A stretch of 64,000 bases of DNA, taken from NCBI GenBank assembly GCA_964016885.1, contig OZ024741.1, forward strand, positions 154,628,001 through 154,692,000, read 5' to 3'. Below the pieces are notes generated by a model. The model did not search any database and was not told where the DNA came from. It saw only the letters and a list, made by a program, of their open reading frames with translations. Of the stretch, positions 29,832-41,700 are shown piece by piece; positions within the stretch are counted from its first letter, which is position 1; every line of letters begins with the position of its first letter. The DNA comes from Eledone cirrhosa. Taxonomy: Eukaryota. The translations under genes were made by a program, and so were the position numbers.

Positions 29832-30720
29832 TGTTTCCACTTTTGGCATAAGGCCAGCAATTACCCAGTACATTACTGGTACTTTATGTTATCGACCGCG
29901 TAAGGATGAAAGGCAAAGTTAACCTCGACGCGATTTGAACCCAGACCGTCAAGGGACATAAGTATGCTGGAAAGCATGGCGTCCAACCCTCTACCGATTC
30001 TGCTAATCCATCGCCTTTAATAATAATGATTTCTACTATAGGCACAAGGCCAGCAATTTTTTTTTTTGGGGGGGGGGAGAGTCAATTAAATCGTCCCCAG
30101 TGCATTACTTGTGTTTTATTTTATCGACCCCGTAAGGATGAAAGGCAAGGTTAACCCTGGCGGGATTTGAACTCAGACCGTAAAGGACCGTAACTATATG
30201 CTGCAAAGCATGGCGTCCGACCCTCTACAGATACTGCCAATTCACTGCCTTTATTATAATAATAATAATAATTTCTACTTTTGGCACAAGGCCAGCAATT
30301 ATCATAATAATAATAATAATTGTTTCTACTTTTTTGGCACAAGGCCAGCAATTACCCAGTACATTACTGGTACTTTATTTTATCGACCCCCGTAAGGATG
30401 AAAAGCAAAGTGAACCTCGGCGGGATGTACTCATACCGTAAAGGGACGTAACTATGCTGGAAAGCATGGCGTCCGACTCTCTACCGATACTGCCAATCCA
30501 AATGATTTCTAATATAGGCACAAGGCCAGTAATTTCGGGGGAGGGGGAAAGTCGATTAAATCGATCCCAGTACATTACTGGTGCTTTATTTTATCGACCC
30601 TTTAAGGATGAAAGAGAGAGTTAACCTCGGCAGGATTTGAACTCAGATCATAAAGGGCCATAACTCTATGCTGCAAAGCATGGCATCCGACCTTCTACTG
30701 ATACTGCCAATAATAATAAT
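29800..30720 (-). mobile_element. Head-to-tail cluster of 4 Nin/Deu-core SINEs plus a tail fragment, separated by (TAA)n
   Basis: Copies ~29832-30016, 30027-30250, 30320-30500, 30503-30710, each with atcgacc..aaggatgaaa; degenerate relatives near 29465-29575 and 33000-33210. Confidence 0.9.
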
Positions 30721-30906
30721 GGTTGTTTCTTTCTAAATAATAATAATAGTAATGATAATAATAATTTGTGCTGTGTCCAAAAGACCTTAGATATTAGAAA
30801 CAGACAAATCCAAGATTCCCACACCTATAAATAGAATAGACATTCTTTATGTTCATAATCTTATTACAACATTACTGGAACTTAACACACATCTTGATTA
30901 AGTATA

Positions 30907-31540
30907 TCATTAAATGTCTGCTGACATTATAATTAATGGAGAACGGATTATAGCAACACATACACACATAGAAATCTTGTCTTACATTTGTGTTCCAGAA
31001 ATTTTGATTTAAAAAAAAATTAGAATGTTTTTAACAGAATATAGTGTTCAAGTGACAGACAGACATAAAATCATTTAGTACTACAGTGTTGTAAGGCTAA
31101 TTTTCCTGCTAAAGCAGAGCTTAGTCTTGTGGGGCCCATAACAAGTTACAGACTCGTCATGGGGCAATGCTATATAGCCAGATGCCCACACTTTTAGTTG
31201 CCACTTACAACACACAGGGTGTATTTCAAACTAGATACACACACTTAGGACAAACCAATATAATTAGAAACCACTCTGTTCACCCACCCATATAAGGGGG
31301 GGGGGTGTCATCTGGTTAGGCAAGGTAGGTAGCTGTATCTATCCATACTAAAACTACAAATAATAATTATTACATGTAAACTGAATAATTTCCAGTTCAA
31401 TTAAGTAGATCATTAAATGTCTGCTTACATAATTAATGAAGAGTGGATTATAACAAGACATGCAGGGAACACATAAGATATCTTGTCTTGCATTTGTGTT
31501 CCAGGAATTCTGAATAAAAAAATTAGAATGTTTTTAACAG
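30907..31540. repeat. Diverged ~130-bp direct repeat (30907-31037 and 31410-31540)
   Basis: Both begin atcattaaatgtctgct and end aaaattagaatgtttttaacag. Confidence 0.8.
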
Positions 31541-31570
31541 TCTATTGTTCATGTGGCAGATGGATGAAAT

Positions 31571-31765
31571 ATGATCCATCCCTCTCCAACAGCAGTGGAG
31601 ACTTTTGGTATCCTTGGCCCTAGGATCACCTCCCTACTCACCACCATTGGCACACATTTCACTACTTGCAAGTGTGAGCCATGTGAGCTGGAATGGCTCT
31701 TCCAGTGCATCTCCCTCATCATCCTCCATGGTAACTTCTCTATTCTGTCTGTTGGGGCCATGGGG
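31571..31765 (+). mobile_element. Relic of a CRE-like non-LTR retrotransposon restriction-like endonuclease C-terminus
   Basis: P.AVETFGILGP..LL..IG..E..WLFQCISL.I.HGN..IL fits the P.A.ET.G..G....L.QRIS..IQRGN pattern of RLE-type ORF ends. Confidence 0.65.
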
Positions 31766-32029
31766 CAGCCAGCGTATGGGCCCCCATTTGTTCACAATAG
31801 TGAGAGATGGAGAGAGCGAGAGAGATGGAGGCAGTGACAGTGGGAGTTTGGTTCCATTGTGTTCGGATCTGGTGTATATATTTATTTACCACATCACATT
31901 ATGTACATACTTGGAGAAAGCTTATCTTTCATAGACCTCAACAAGTGAAGAGAACCAAATAATTAGACATACAAGAGTAATTAATAAGAAAATATTTATT
32001 ATTTCAAATTTGTTACATACAATCATAAT

Positions 32030-32500
32030 ATATTGGATGATTGAAAAAGTTCATGTCTGAATAGAAAATTAAAAACAAGATTTAACTTAAGGAAAAAGAA
32101 CATTTATTAGTCAAGTACATAGTCTCCATTGTTTTTAACAACTGTCTCCCATTGCTCTACATGCTTGTTGATGCCATTTTCAGAGAAATTTCATGTTGTT
32201 TTTACTGGAGAAGGCTGTGAGGTAGTTTTTGACTTCAGAGTCAACTTTTTTTACATTTAAATTGTTCAGTAGAGATAAGAACAAATGAAAACTCGAAGGA
32301 GTTAAGTCATGAGAATACGGGGGTTGCTGGAAGGTTTCCTATTTCAACTCTTTAAGCTTCTACAAGGTCTGCTTTGCAATATGTTGTCTTGTGTTGTTGT
32401 TGAAAATGACACCTATTTAATTTGCCAAAACTGGCTGTTTTTTTTGAATAGCTGCATTGAGATTAGTGAAAATCGGGCATGTACATTTGCAATGACCTGA
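32030..32500 (-). mobile_element. Mariner transposase 3' relic
   Basis: Minus strand reads PPYSHDLTPSSFHLF (YSPDL motif) and NGINKHVEQWETVVKNNGDYVLD*. Confidence 0.8.
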
Positions 32501-33524
32501 TAGATTAGGAGGCAGATTATAGCAACACACAGACAGGGAAAATGTGGAATTCTCCTCCTCCTCCTCTTGTTGGGGCAACTGTCTCTAAACAATCTTGCTG
32601 GATCCCTAAGCAAGACTAAATATAGCAGCTTTAGTGTTTATATTTATCTAAAAACATTCCCCCATAAGAATCTTTGTTAAATTATTTTCCAAACACCAAG
32701 TAAATAATGAAAAAGTTAGTTATATTATTAAATCCTTCAACATTATCTGATCATTTGTTAATCGGTCAGCCTTTCAAAATGAGCTTATTAACCATATGGC
32801 CATGCTAACTCCTAAACTGATCTACTGTATCTGATGATATATAGAACCCCACCCTCCTCTCCATTTCAGAAGGGACTATTAAGAAAAAATAGCATTACTC
32901 AGCTAAACATACCAGGTCCAGGGGATATGTTTTAGCCATTTTTTTTTTTGGGGGGGGGAGTCTTATATGCTGTCAAATATGATAATAATTAATGGTTTCT
33001 CATTTAGGTAGAAAGCCAGCAGCTTTGTGGTGGAGAGAAAAATTCAATTATATTGATCCCAGTACATGACTGGTTCTTAATTTTATTGGTCCCAAAAGGA
33101 TGAAAGGGGAAGTTTATATCAGTAAGATTTAAATTCAAAAATGTACAGTCAGAACAAATACTGCAAAGCACCTTGTCTGACTTTTTAACAATTCTGCCAA
33201 CTCACTGCTTCAGCAGGATTTGAACTCAGGATTTGAGTGCAGACATCTGAAACAAAAATTAAGGCATTTAAGTTTTCATATACCAAACCACCTCTGGTTC
33301 TATGACAAGGCTGTTTATTTTAAAGTGTATATATTTATCTAAAATCCTTCCACCATAAGAATCTTTGTGAAATTATATTCTAAACACCAAATAAATAATG
33401 TGAAAGTTAGTTATATTATTAAATCTTTCCAAATTCTTGATTATTTTCAAGATGATTTGAAAATAATTGGTAGCATCTTTCAATAAAAATATGGTAATGA
33501 AATGGTTAAAGTGATTGTATTAAT

Positions 33525-34171
33525 CTATCAAGTTGTTCCGAAGTTAATGTAGGTTTTTAAACACTATTTTTAAAACAACATATTTCAGTCCATTATTGAT
33601 TGAAACAAAAGCCATTAGAATCTATACATTTTTGCCAAAAAGATACAAGTATTTCATTCCAGTAGCATAGAATTCTGAAGTTCTGGAGGTGATGAATTCT
33701 TCAAAGACATATTTTGAAAACTTTTTCTTGCAAGAAGTCATAGAAATGCTTGAAAATGGTAGTTGGTTGGTGGAAATTCTGGTGAGTATGCTGGATAAAG
33801 CAGTTTGCATAGCTCAATTAGTTCAATTTCTTGAGTGTTGTGTAGTCGAACATTGTCATACAAGAGGATTGGCCCTTTTCCATTGACCAATGCTGGACAT
33901 ACATGCTGCAATTTTTATGTATTTCATGACAATAGTTATCTGCTATGATTGTTTCACTAGGATTCATAAAGATGTAGTAGATTTATTCAGCTGTGGATCA
34001 CCAAACACTCACCATAACTTTCTTTTGGTGTAACTTTGGCTATGGCAAGTGTTTCAGAACTCCATCTCAGTCCAACCATTGTGCTAAATGCCATTGGTTC
34101 TTGTATAGGATCCACTTTCATTGTACATCACAATGCAGTCAAGAAATGGATCATTTTTGTTGTGCAAAAGA

Positions 34172-34202
<31 letters not shown>

Positions 34203-34730
34203 CCAGACTTCATAACAGCGATATTTCTAGATTTCATTCCATTTGTGTAGTATTTATTTTTCAAACTGCTTCGACTTTCCAATTCGGTTCAAATGTTCAG
34301 AAATTGTTTTAGTATTTACATCTAGCTCTCTCTTGAACAGTTGTACGAAGATTTACTTCCAAAATAGCCTTCAATTCAGGAAGACGTCCACAACCTTTGT
34401 TATTTTTAGGAGTGAAATCACCACAACAGAATGTTTGGAAACCAACATTGCACTGTGCATTCATTAACACTTCCTTGGCTCCAAACTTCCTAGATGCTTC
34501 TAGCTGTTTATGCTGAAATGTGGCTGAAATTAAACTCATAGAAACAAATTTGACTAAAATCCTGTTTTGATGTCAAGAATGCAATTTATATCAAAAATGA
34601 AAGAAAGAGCATAAAATAAGCTTTGAAATGAAACATAATTCTATCTACTTTACGTGAGGTTTTATTCTTAAATAAAATACTGAAAAAATAAAAACATAAA
34701 ACCTTATTAATTTCTGATCTGCCTAATAAA
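33525..34730 (-). mobile_element. Degenerate near full-length mariner element
   Basis: N-terminal ..FCCGDF....GCGRLPELKAILEVNLRTTVQE.. and C-terminal FEEFITSRTSEFYATGM; many stops; poly-A tract at 34175-34202. Confidence 0.8.
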
Positions 34731-35242
34731 ACCTTCCATCATAATTTTATGTAAGAACCTTTGTTCTGTTCCACACACCAGATAAATATTATTAGAAAAA
34801 TCGTAATGAAAGGGTGAAACTGAGGCTCTAATGACAGCCAATTCATCACTCTTTAAACAGATCCTATTTAGATGAATGTTTCACCTTCTTGCTTTTAGTA
34901 CTGATTTATATCGTTGTTGTTGAAGTCAGTCAGTCTGCCAGTGGAGATTGACTAGAATTACAAGAAGGGTTCCACTGAGAGAGCGAGATTGTGTGAGGGT
35001 GATAGTGAATAGGAGAGAGTGGTTTTGTGGAATTGTAGAACTCTGTGATAGGTGTGTTTACCTGTAGAAGTGTGTGTATGTGAATACCTATGTTTACCCG
35101 TAGAAGTGTGTGTAAATAACTGTTTACCTGTAGAAATGTGTGTGTGTGTGAATACCTTTATTTGCCTGAAGGCCACTCTCTTACAGATGGAGTTGATAAG
35201 CAATCAATATTCACAACTTTTGAAAATTCCCTAAAGGATGCA

Positions 35243-35740
35243 ATGGTGGTGGAGTTGATGTTGTTATTGGTGGTAGTGTTGATGTTGTTGTTAGTGGTAA
35301 TGTTGGTGTTGTTATTAGTGGTAGTATTGATGGTGTTATTAGTAGTAGTGTTGGTGTTGTTATTAGTAGTAGTGTTGGTGTTGTTATTGGTGGGGGTGTT
35401 GGTGTTGTATTAGTGGAGGTGTTGTTATTGGTGGGGGTGTTGGTGTTGTTATTAGTGGAGGTGCTGTTATTGGTGTTGTTATTAGTGGTAGTGTTGATGT
35501 TGTTATTAGTGGTAGTATTGGTGTTGTTATTGGTGGTGGTGTTGATGTTGTTATTAGTGGTAGTATTGGTGGTAGTGTTGGGTGTTTTGGGGGTGGTGGT
35601 GGTGTTGTTGTTATTGGTGGTAGTGTTGGTGTTATTAGTGTTGATATTAGTGGTAGTGTTGGGTGTTTTGGTGGTGATAGTAGTAGTCACAGTGGTTTTG
35701 ATAGTGGTAACAGTGGTGGAGGTGCTATTGTTGGTACTGT
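35243..35740. repeat. Triplet-based ~24-bp repeat (Thr/Asn-rich on the - strand) grading into the 46-bp array
   Basis: Unit gtggtagtgttgatgttgttatta. Confidence 0.8.
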
Positions 35741-38700
35741 GTTTTGGTGTTAGTAGTGATGGTGGTGGTGCTGTTGTTGGTACTGTGTTTTGGTGTAAGT
35801 AGTGATGGTGGTGGTGCTGTTGTTGGTACTGTGTTTTGGTGTAAGTAGTGATGGTGGTGGTGCTGTTGTTGGTACTGTGTTTTGGTGTAAGTAGTGATGG
35901 TGGTGGTGCTGTTGTTGGTACTGTGTTTTGGTGTAAGTAGTGATGGTGGTGGTGCTGTTGTTGGTACTGTGTTTTGGTGTTAGTAGTGATGGTGGTGGTG
36001 CTGTTGTTGGTACTGTGTTTTGGTGTAAGTAGTGATGGTGGTGGTGCTGTTGTTGGTACTGTGTGTTGGTGTAAGTAGTGATGGTGGTGGTGCTGTTGTT
36101 GGTACTGTGTTTTGGTGTTAGTAGTGATGGTGGTGGTGCTGTTGTTGGTACTGTGTTTTGGTGTAAGTAGTGATGGTGGTGGTGCTGTTGTTGGTACTGT
36201 GTTTTGGTGTAAGTAGTGATGGTGGTGATGGTGTTGTTGGTACTGTGTTTTGGTGTAAGTAGTGATGGTGGTGGTGCTGTTGTTGGTACTGTGTTTTGGT
36301 GTAAGTAGTGATGGTGGTGGTGCTGTTGTTGGTACTGTGTTTTGGTGTAAGTAGTGATGGTGGTGGTGCTGTTGTTGGTACTATGTTTTGGTGTAAGTAG
36401 TGATGGTGGTGGTGCTGTTGTTGGTACTGTGTTTTGGTGTAAGTAGTGATGGTGGTGGTGCTGTTGTTGGTACTGTGTTTTGGTGTAAGTAGTGATGGTG
36501 GTGGTGCTGTTGTTGGTACTGTGTTTTGGTGTAAGTAGTGATGGTGGTGGTGCTGTTGTTGGTACTGTGTTTTGGTGTTAGTAGTGATGGTGGTGGTGCT
36601 GTTGTTGGTACTGTGTTTTGGTGTAAGTAGTGATGGTGGTGGTGCTGCTGTTGGTACTGTGTTTTGGTGTTAGTAGTGATGGTGGTGGTGCTGTAGGTAC
36701 TGTGTTTTAGTGTAGGTAGTGATGGTGGTGGTGCTGTTGTTGGTACTGTGTTTTGGTGTAAGTAGTGATGGTGGTGGTGCTGTTGTTGGTACTGTGTTTT
36801 GGTGTAAGTAGTGATGGTGGTGGTGCTGTTGTTGGTACTGTGTTTTGGTGTAAGTAGTGATGGTGGTGGTGCTGTTGTTGGTACTGTGTTTTGGTGTAAG
36901 TAGTGATGGTGGTGGTGCTGTTGTTGGTACTGTGTTTTGGTGTAAGTAGTGATGGTGGTGGTGCTGTTGTTGGTACTATGTTTTGGTGTAAGTAGTGATG
37001 GTGGTGGTGCTGTTATTGGTACTGTGTTTTGGTGTAAGTAGTGATGGTGGTGGTGCTGTGTTTTGGTGTAAGTAGTGATGGTGGTGGTAATGTTGTTGGT
37101 ACTGTGTTTTGGTGTAAGTAGTGATGGTGGTGGTGCTGTTGTTGGTACTGTGTTTTGGTGTAAGTAGTGATGGTGGTGGTGCTGTTATTGGTACTGTGTT
37201 TTGGTGTAAGTAGTGATGGTGGTGGTGCTGTGTTTTGGTGTAAGTAGTGATGGTGGTGGTGCTGTTGTTGGTACTGTGTTTTAGTGTAAGTAGTGATGGT
37301 GGTGGTGCTGTGTTTTGGTGTAAGTAGTGATGGTGGTGGTGCTGTTGTTGGTACTGTGTTTTGGTGTAAGTAGTGATGGTGGTGGTACTGTTGTTGGTAC
37401 TGTGTTTTGGTGTAAGTAGTGATGGTGGTGGTGCTGTGTTTTGGTGTAAGTAGTGATGGTGGTGGTGCTGTTGTTGGTACTGTGTTTTGGTGTAAGTAGT
37501 GATGGTGGTGGTGCTGTTGTTGGTACTATGTTTTGGTGTAAGTAGTGATGGTGGTGGTGCTGTTATTGGTACTGTGTTTTGGTGTAAGTAGTGATGGTGG
37601 TGGTGCTGTGTTTTGGTGTAAGTAGTGATGGTGGTGGTAATGTTGTTGGTACTGTGTTTTGGTGTAAGTAGTGATGGTGGTGGTGCTGTTGTTGGTACTG
37701 TGTTTTGGTGTAAGTAGTGATGGTGGTGGTGCTGTTATTGGTACTGTGTTTTGGTGTAAGTAGTGATGGTGGTGGTGCTGTGTTTTGGTGTAAGTAGTGA
37801 TGGTGGTGGTGCTGTTGTTGGTACTGTGTTTTGGTGTAAGTAGTGATGGTGGTGGTGCTGTGTTTTGGTGTAAGTAGTGATGGTGGTGGTGCTGTTGTTG
37901 GTACTGTGTTTTGGTGTAAGTAGTGATGGTGGTGGTACTGTTGTTGGTACTGTGTTTTGGTGTAAGTAGTGATGGTGGTGGTGCTGTGTTTTGGTGTAAG
38001 TAGTGATGGTGGTGGTAATGTTGTTGGTACTGTGTTTTAGTGTAAGTAGTGATGGTGGTGGTGCTGTTGTTGGTACTATGTTTTGGTGTAAGTAGTGATG
38101 GTGGTGGTGCTGTTATTGGTACTGTGTTTTGGTGTAAGTAGTGATGGTGGTGGTGCTGTGTTTTGGTGTAAGTAGTGATGGTGGTGGTGCTGTTGTTGGT
38201 ACTGTGTTTTGGTGTAAGTAGTGATGGTGGTGGTGCTGTTGTTGGTACTGTGTTTTGGTGTAAGTAGTGATGGTGGTGGTGCTGTGTTTTGGTGTAAGTA
38301 GTGATGGTGGTGGTAATGTTGTTGGTACTGTGTTTTGGTGTAAGTAGTGATGGTGGTGGTGCTGTTGTTGGTACTATGTTTTGGTGTAAGTAGTGATGGT
38401 GGTGGTGCTGTTATTGGTACTGTGTTTTGGTGTAAGTAGTGATGGTGGTGGTGCTGTGTTTTGGTGTAAGTAGTGATGGTGGTGGTAATGTTGTTGGTAC
38501 TGTGTTTTGGTGTAAGTAGTGATGGTGGTGGTGCTGTTATTGGTACTGTGTTTTGGTGTAAGTAGTGATGGTGGTGGTGCTGTTATTGGTACTGTGTTTT
38601 GGTGTAAGTAGTGATGGTGGTGGTACTGTTGTTGGTACTGTGTTTTGGTGTAAGTAGTGATGGTGGTGGTGCTGTTATTGGTACTGTGTTTTGGTGTAAG

Positions 38701-41700
38701 TAGTGATGGTGGTGGTGCTGTTATTGGTACTGTGTTTTGGTGTAAGTAGTGATGGTGGTGGTACTGTTGTTGGTACTGTGTTTTGGTGTAAGTAGTGTTG
38801 GTGGTGGTGCTGTGTTTTGGTGTAAGTAGTGATGGTGGTGGTGCTGTTGTTGGTACTGTGTTTTGGTGTAAGTAGTGATGGTGGTGGTACTGTTGTTGGT
38901 ACTGTGTTTTGGTGTAAGTAGTGATGGTGGTGGTGGTGCTGTAGGTACTGTGTTTTGGTGTAAGTAGTGATGGTGGTGGTACTGTTGTTGGTACTGTGTT
39001 TTGGTGTAAGTAGTGATGGTGGTGGTGCTGTTGTTGGTACTGTGTTTTGGTGTAAGTAGTGTTGGTGGTGGTACTGTGTTTTGGTGTAAGTAGTGATGGT
39101 GGTGGTGCTGTTGTTGGTACTGTGTTTTGGTGTAAGTAGTGATGGTGGTGGTACTGTTGTTGGTACTGTGTTTTGGTGTAAGTAGTGATGGTGGTGGTGG
39201 TGCTGTAGGTACTGTGTTTTGGTGTAAGTAGTGATGGTGGTGGTACTGTTGTTGGTACTGTGTTTTGGTGTAAGTAGTGATGGTGGTGGTGCTGTTGTTG
39301 GTACTGTGTTTTGGTGTAAGTAGTGATGGTGGTGGTGCTGTTGTTGGTACTGTGTTTTAGTGTAAGTAGTGATGGTGGTGGTACTGTTGTTGGTACTGTG
39401 TTTTGGTGTAAGTAGTGATGGTGGTGGTGCTGTTGTTGGTACTGTGTTTTGGTGTAAGTAGTGATGGTGGTGGTGCTGTTGTTGGTACTGTGTTTTGGTG
39501 TAAGTAGTGATGGTGGTGGTGCTGTTGTTGGTACTGTGTTTTGGTGTAAGTAGTGATGGTGGTGGTGCTGTTGTTGGTACTGTGTGTTGGTGTAAGTAGT
39601 GATGGTGGTGGTGCTGTTGTTGGTACTGTGTTTTGGTGTTAGTAGTGATGGTGGAGGTGCTGTTGTTGGTACTGTGTTTTGGTGTAAGTAGTGATGGTGG
39701 AGGTGCTGTTGTTGGTACTGTGTTTTGGTGTAAGTAGTGATGGTGGTGGTGCTGTTGTTGGTACTGTGTTGTGGTGTAAGTAGTGATGGTGGTGGTACTG
39801 TTGTTGGTACTGTGTTTTGGTGTAAGTAGTGATGGTGGTGGTGCTGTTGTTGGTACTGTGTTTTAGTGTAAGTAGTGATGGTGGTGGTGCTGTTGTTGGT
39901 ACTGTGTTTTGGTGTAAGTAGTGATGGTGGTGGTGCTGTTGTTGGTACTGTGTTTTGGTGTAAGTAGTGATGGTGGTGGTGCTGTTGTTGGTACTGTGTT
40001 TTAGTGTAAGTAGTGATGGTGGTGGTGCTGTTGTTGGTACTGTGTTTTGGTGTAAGTAGTGATGGTGGTGGTGCTGTTGTTGGTACTGTGTTTTGGTGTA
40101 AGTAGTGATGGTGGTGGTACTGTTGTTGGTACTGTGTTTTGGTGTAAGTAGTGATGGTGGTGGTACTGTTGTTGGTACTGTGTTTTGGTGTAAGTAGTGA
40201 TGGTGGTTGTGGTGTTGTTGGTACTGTGTTTTGGTGTAAGTAGTGATGGTGGTGGTGCTGTTGTTGGTACTGTGTGTTGGTGTAAGTAGTGATGGTGGTG
40301 GTGCTGTTGTTGGTACTGTGTGTTGGTGTAAGTAGTGATGGTGGTGGTGATGTTGTTGGTACTGTGTTTTGGTGTAAGTAGTGATGGTGGTGGTGCTGTT
40401 GTTGGTACTGTGTTTTGGTGTAAGTAGTGATGGTGGTGGTGGTGTTGTTGGTACTGTGTTTTGGTGTAAGTAGTGATGGTGGTGGTGCTGTTGTTGGTAC
40501 TGTGTGTTGGTGTAAGTAGTGATGGTGGTGGTACTGTTGTTGGTACTGTGTGTTGGTGTAAGTAGTGATGGTGGTGGTGGTGTTGTTGGTACTGTGTTTT
40601 GGTGTTAGTAGTGATGGTGGTGGTGCTGTTGTTGGTACTGTGTTTTGGTGTAAGTAGTGATGGTGGTGGTACTGTTGTTGGTACTGTGTTTTGGTGTAAG
40701 TAGTGATGGTGGTGGTGCTGTTGTTGGTACTGTGTTTTGGTGTAAGTAGTGATGGTGGTGGTGCTGTTGTTGGTACTGTGTTTTGGTGTAAGTAGTGATG
40801 GTGGTGGTGGTGCTGTTGTTGGTACTGTGTTTTGGTGTAAGTAGTGATGGTGGTGGTGCTGTTGTTGGTACTGTGTTTTGGTGTAAGTAGTGATGGTGGT
40901 GGTGCTGTTGTTGGTACTGTGTTTTGGTGTAAGTAGTGATGGTGGTGGTGCTGTGGTTGGTACTGTGTGTTGGTGTAAGTAGTGATGGTCGTGGTGCTGT
41001 TGTTGGTACTGTGTTTTGGTGTAAGTAGTGATGGTGGTGGTGCTGTTGTTGGTACTGTGTTTTGGTGTAAGTAGTGATGGTGGTGGTGCTGTGGTTGGTA
41101 CTGTGTGTTGGTGTAAGTAGTGATGGTGGTGGTGCTGTTGTTGGTACTGTGTTTTGGTGTAAATAGTGATGGTGGTGGTGCTGTGGTTGGTACTGTGTTT
41201 TGGTGTAAGTAGTGATGGTGGTGGTGGTGCTGTTGGTACTGTGTTTTGGTGTAAGTAGTGATGGTGGTGGTGCTGTTGTTGGTACTGTGTTTTGGTGTAA
41301 GTAGTGATGGTGGTGGTGCTGTTGTTGGTACTTTGTTTTGGTGTAAGTAGTGATGGTGGTGGTGCTGTTGTTGGTACTGTGTGTTGGTGTAAGTAGTGAT
41401 GGTGGTGGTACTGTTGTTGGTACTGTGTTTTGGTGTTAGTAGTGATGGTGGTGGTGCTGTTGTTGGTACTGTGTTTTGGTGTAAGTAGTGATGGTGGTGG
41501 TACTGTTGTTGGTACTGTGTTTTGGTGTAAGTAGTGATGGTGGTGGTGCTGTTGTTGGTACTGTGTTTTGGTGTAAGTAGTGATGGTGGTGGTGCTGTTG
41601 TTGGTACTGTGTTTTGGTGTAAGTAGTGATGGTGGTGGTGCTGTGGTTGGTACTGTGTTTTGGTGTAAGTAGTGATGGTGGTGGTGCTGTTGTTGGTACT

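Noticed and set aside
35138-35802. Val/Leu-rich membrane-protein-like ORFs
   Set aside because: Products of a GT-rich triplet repeat
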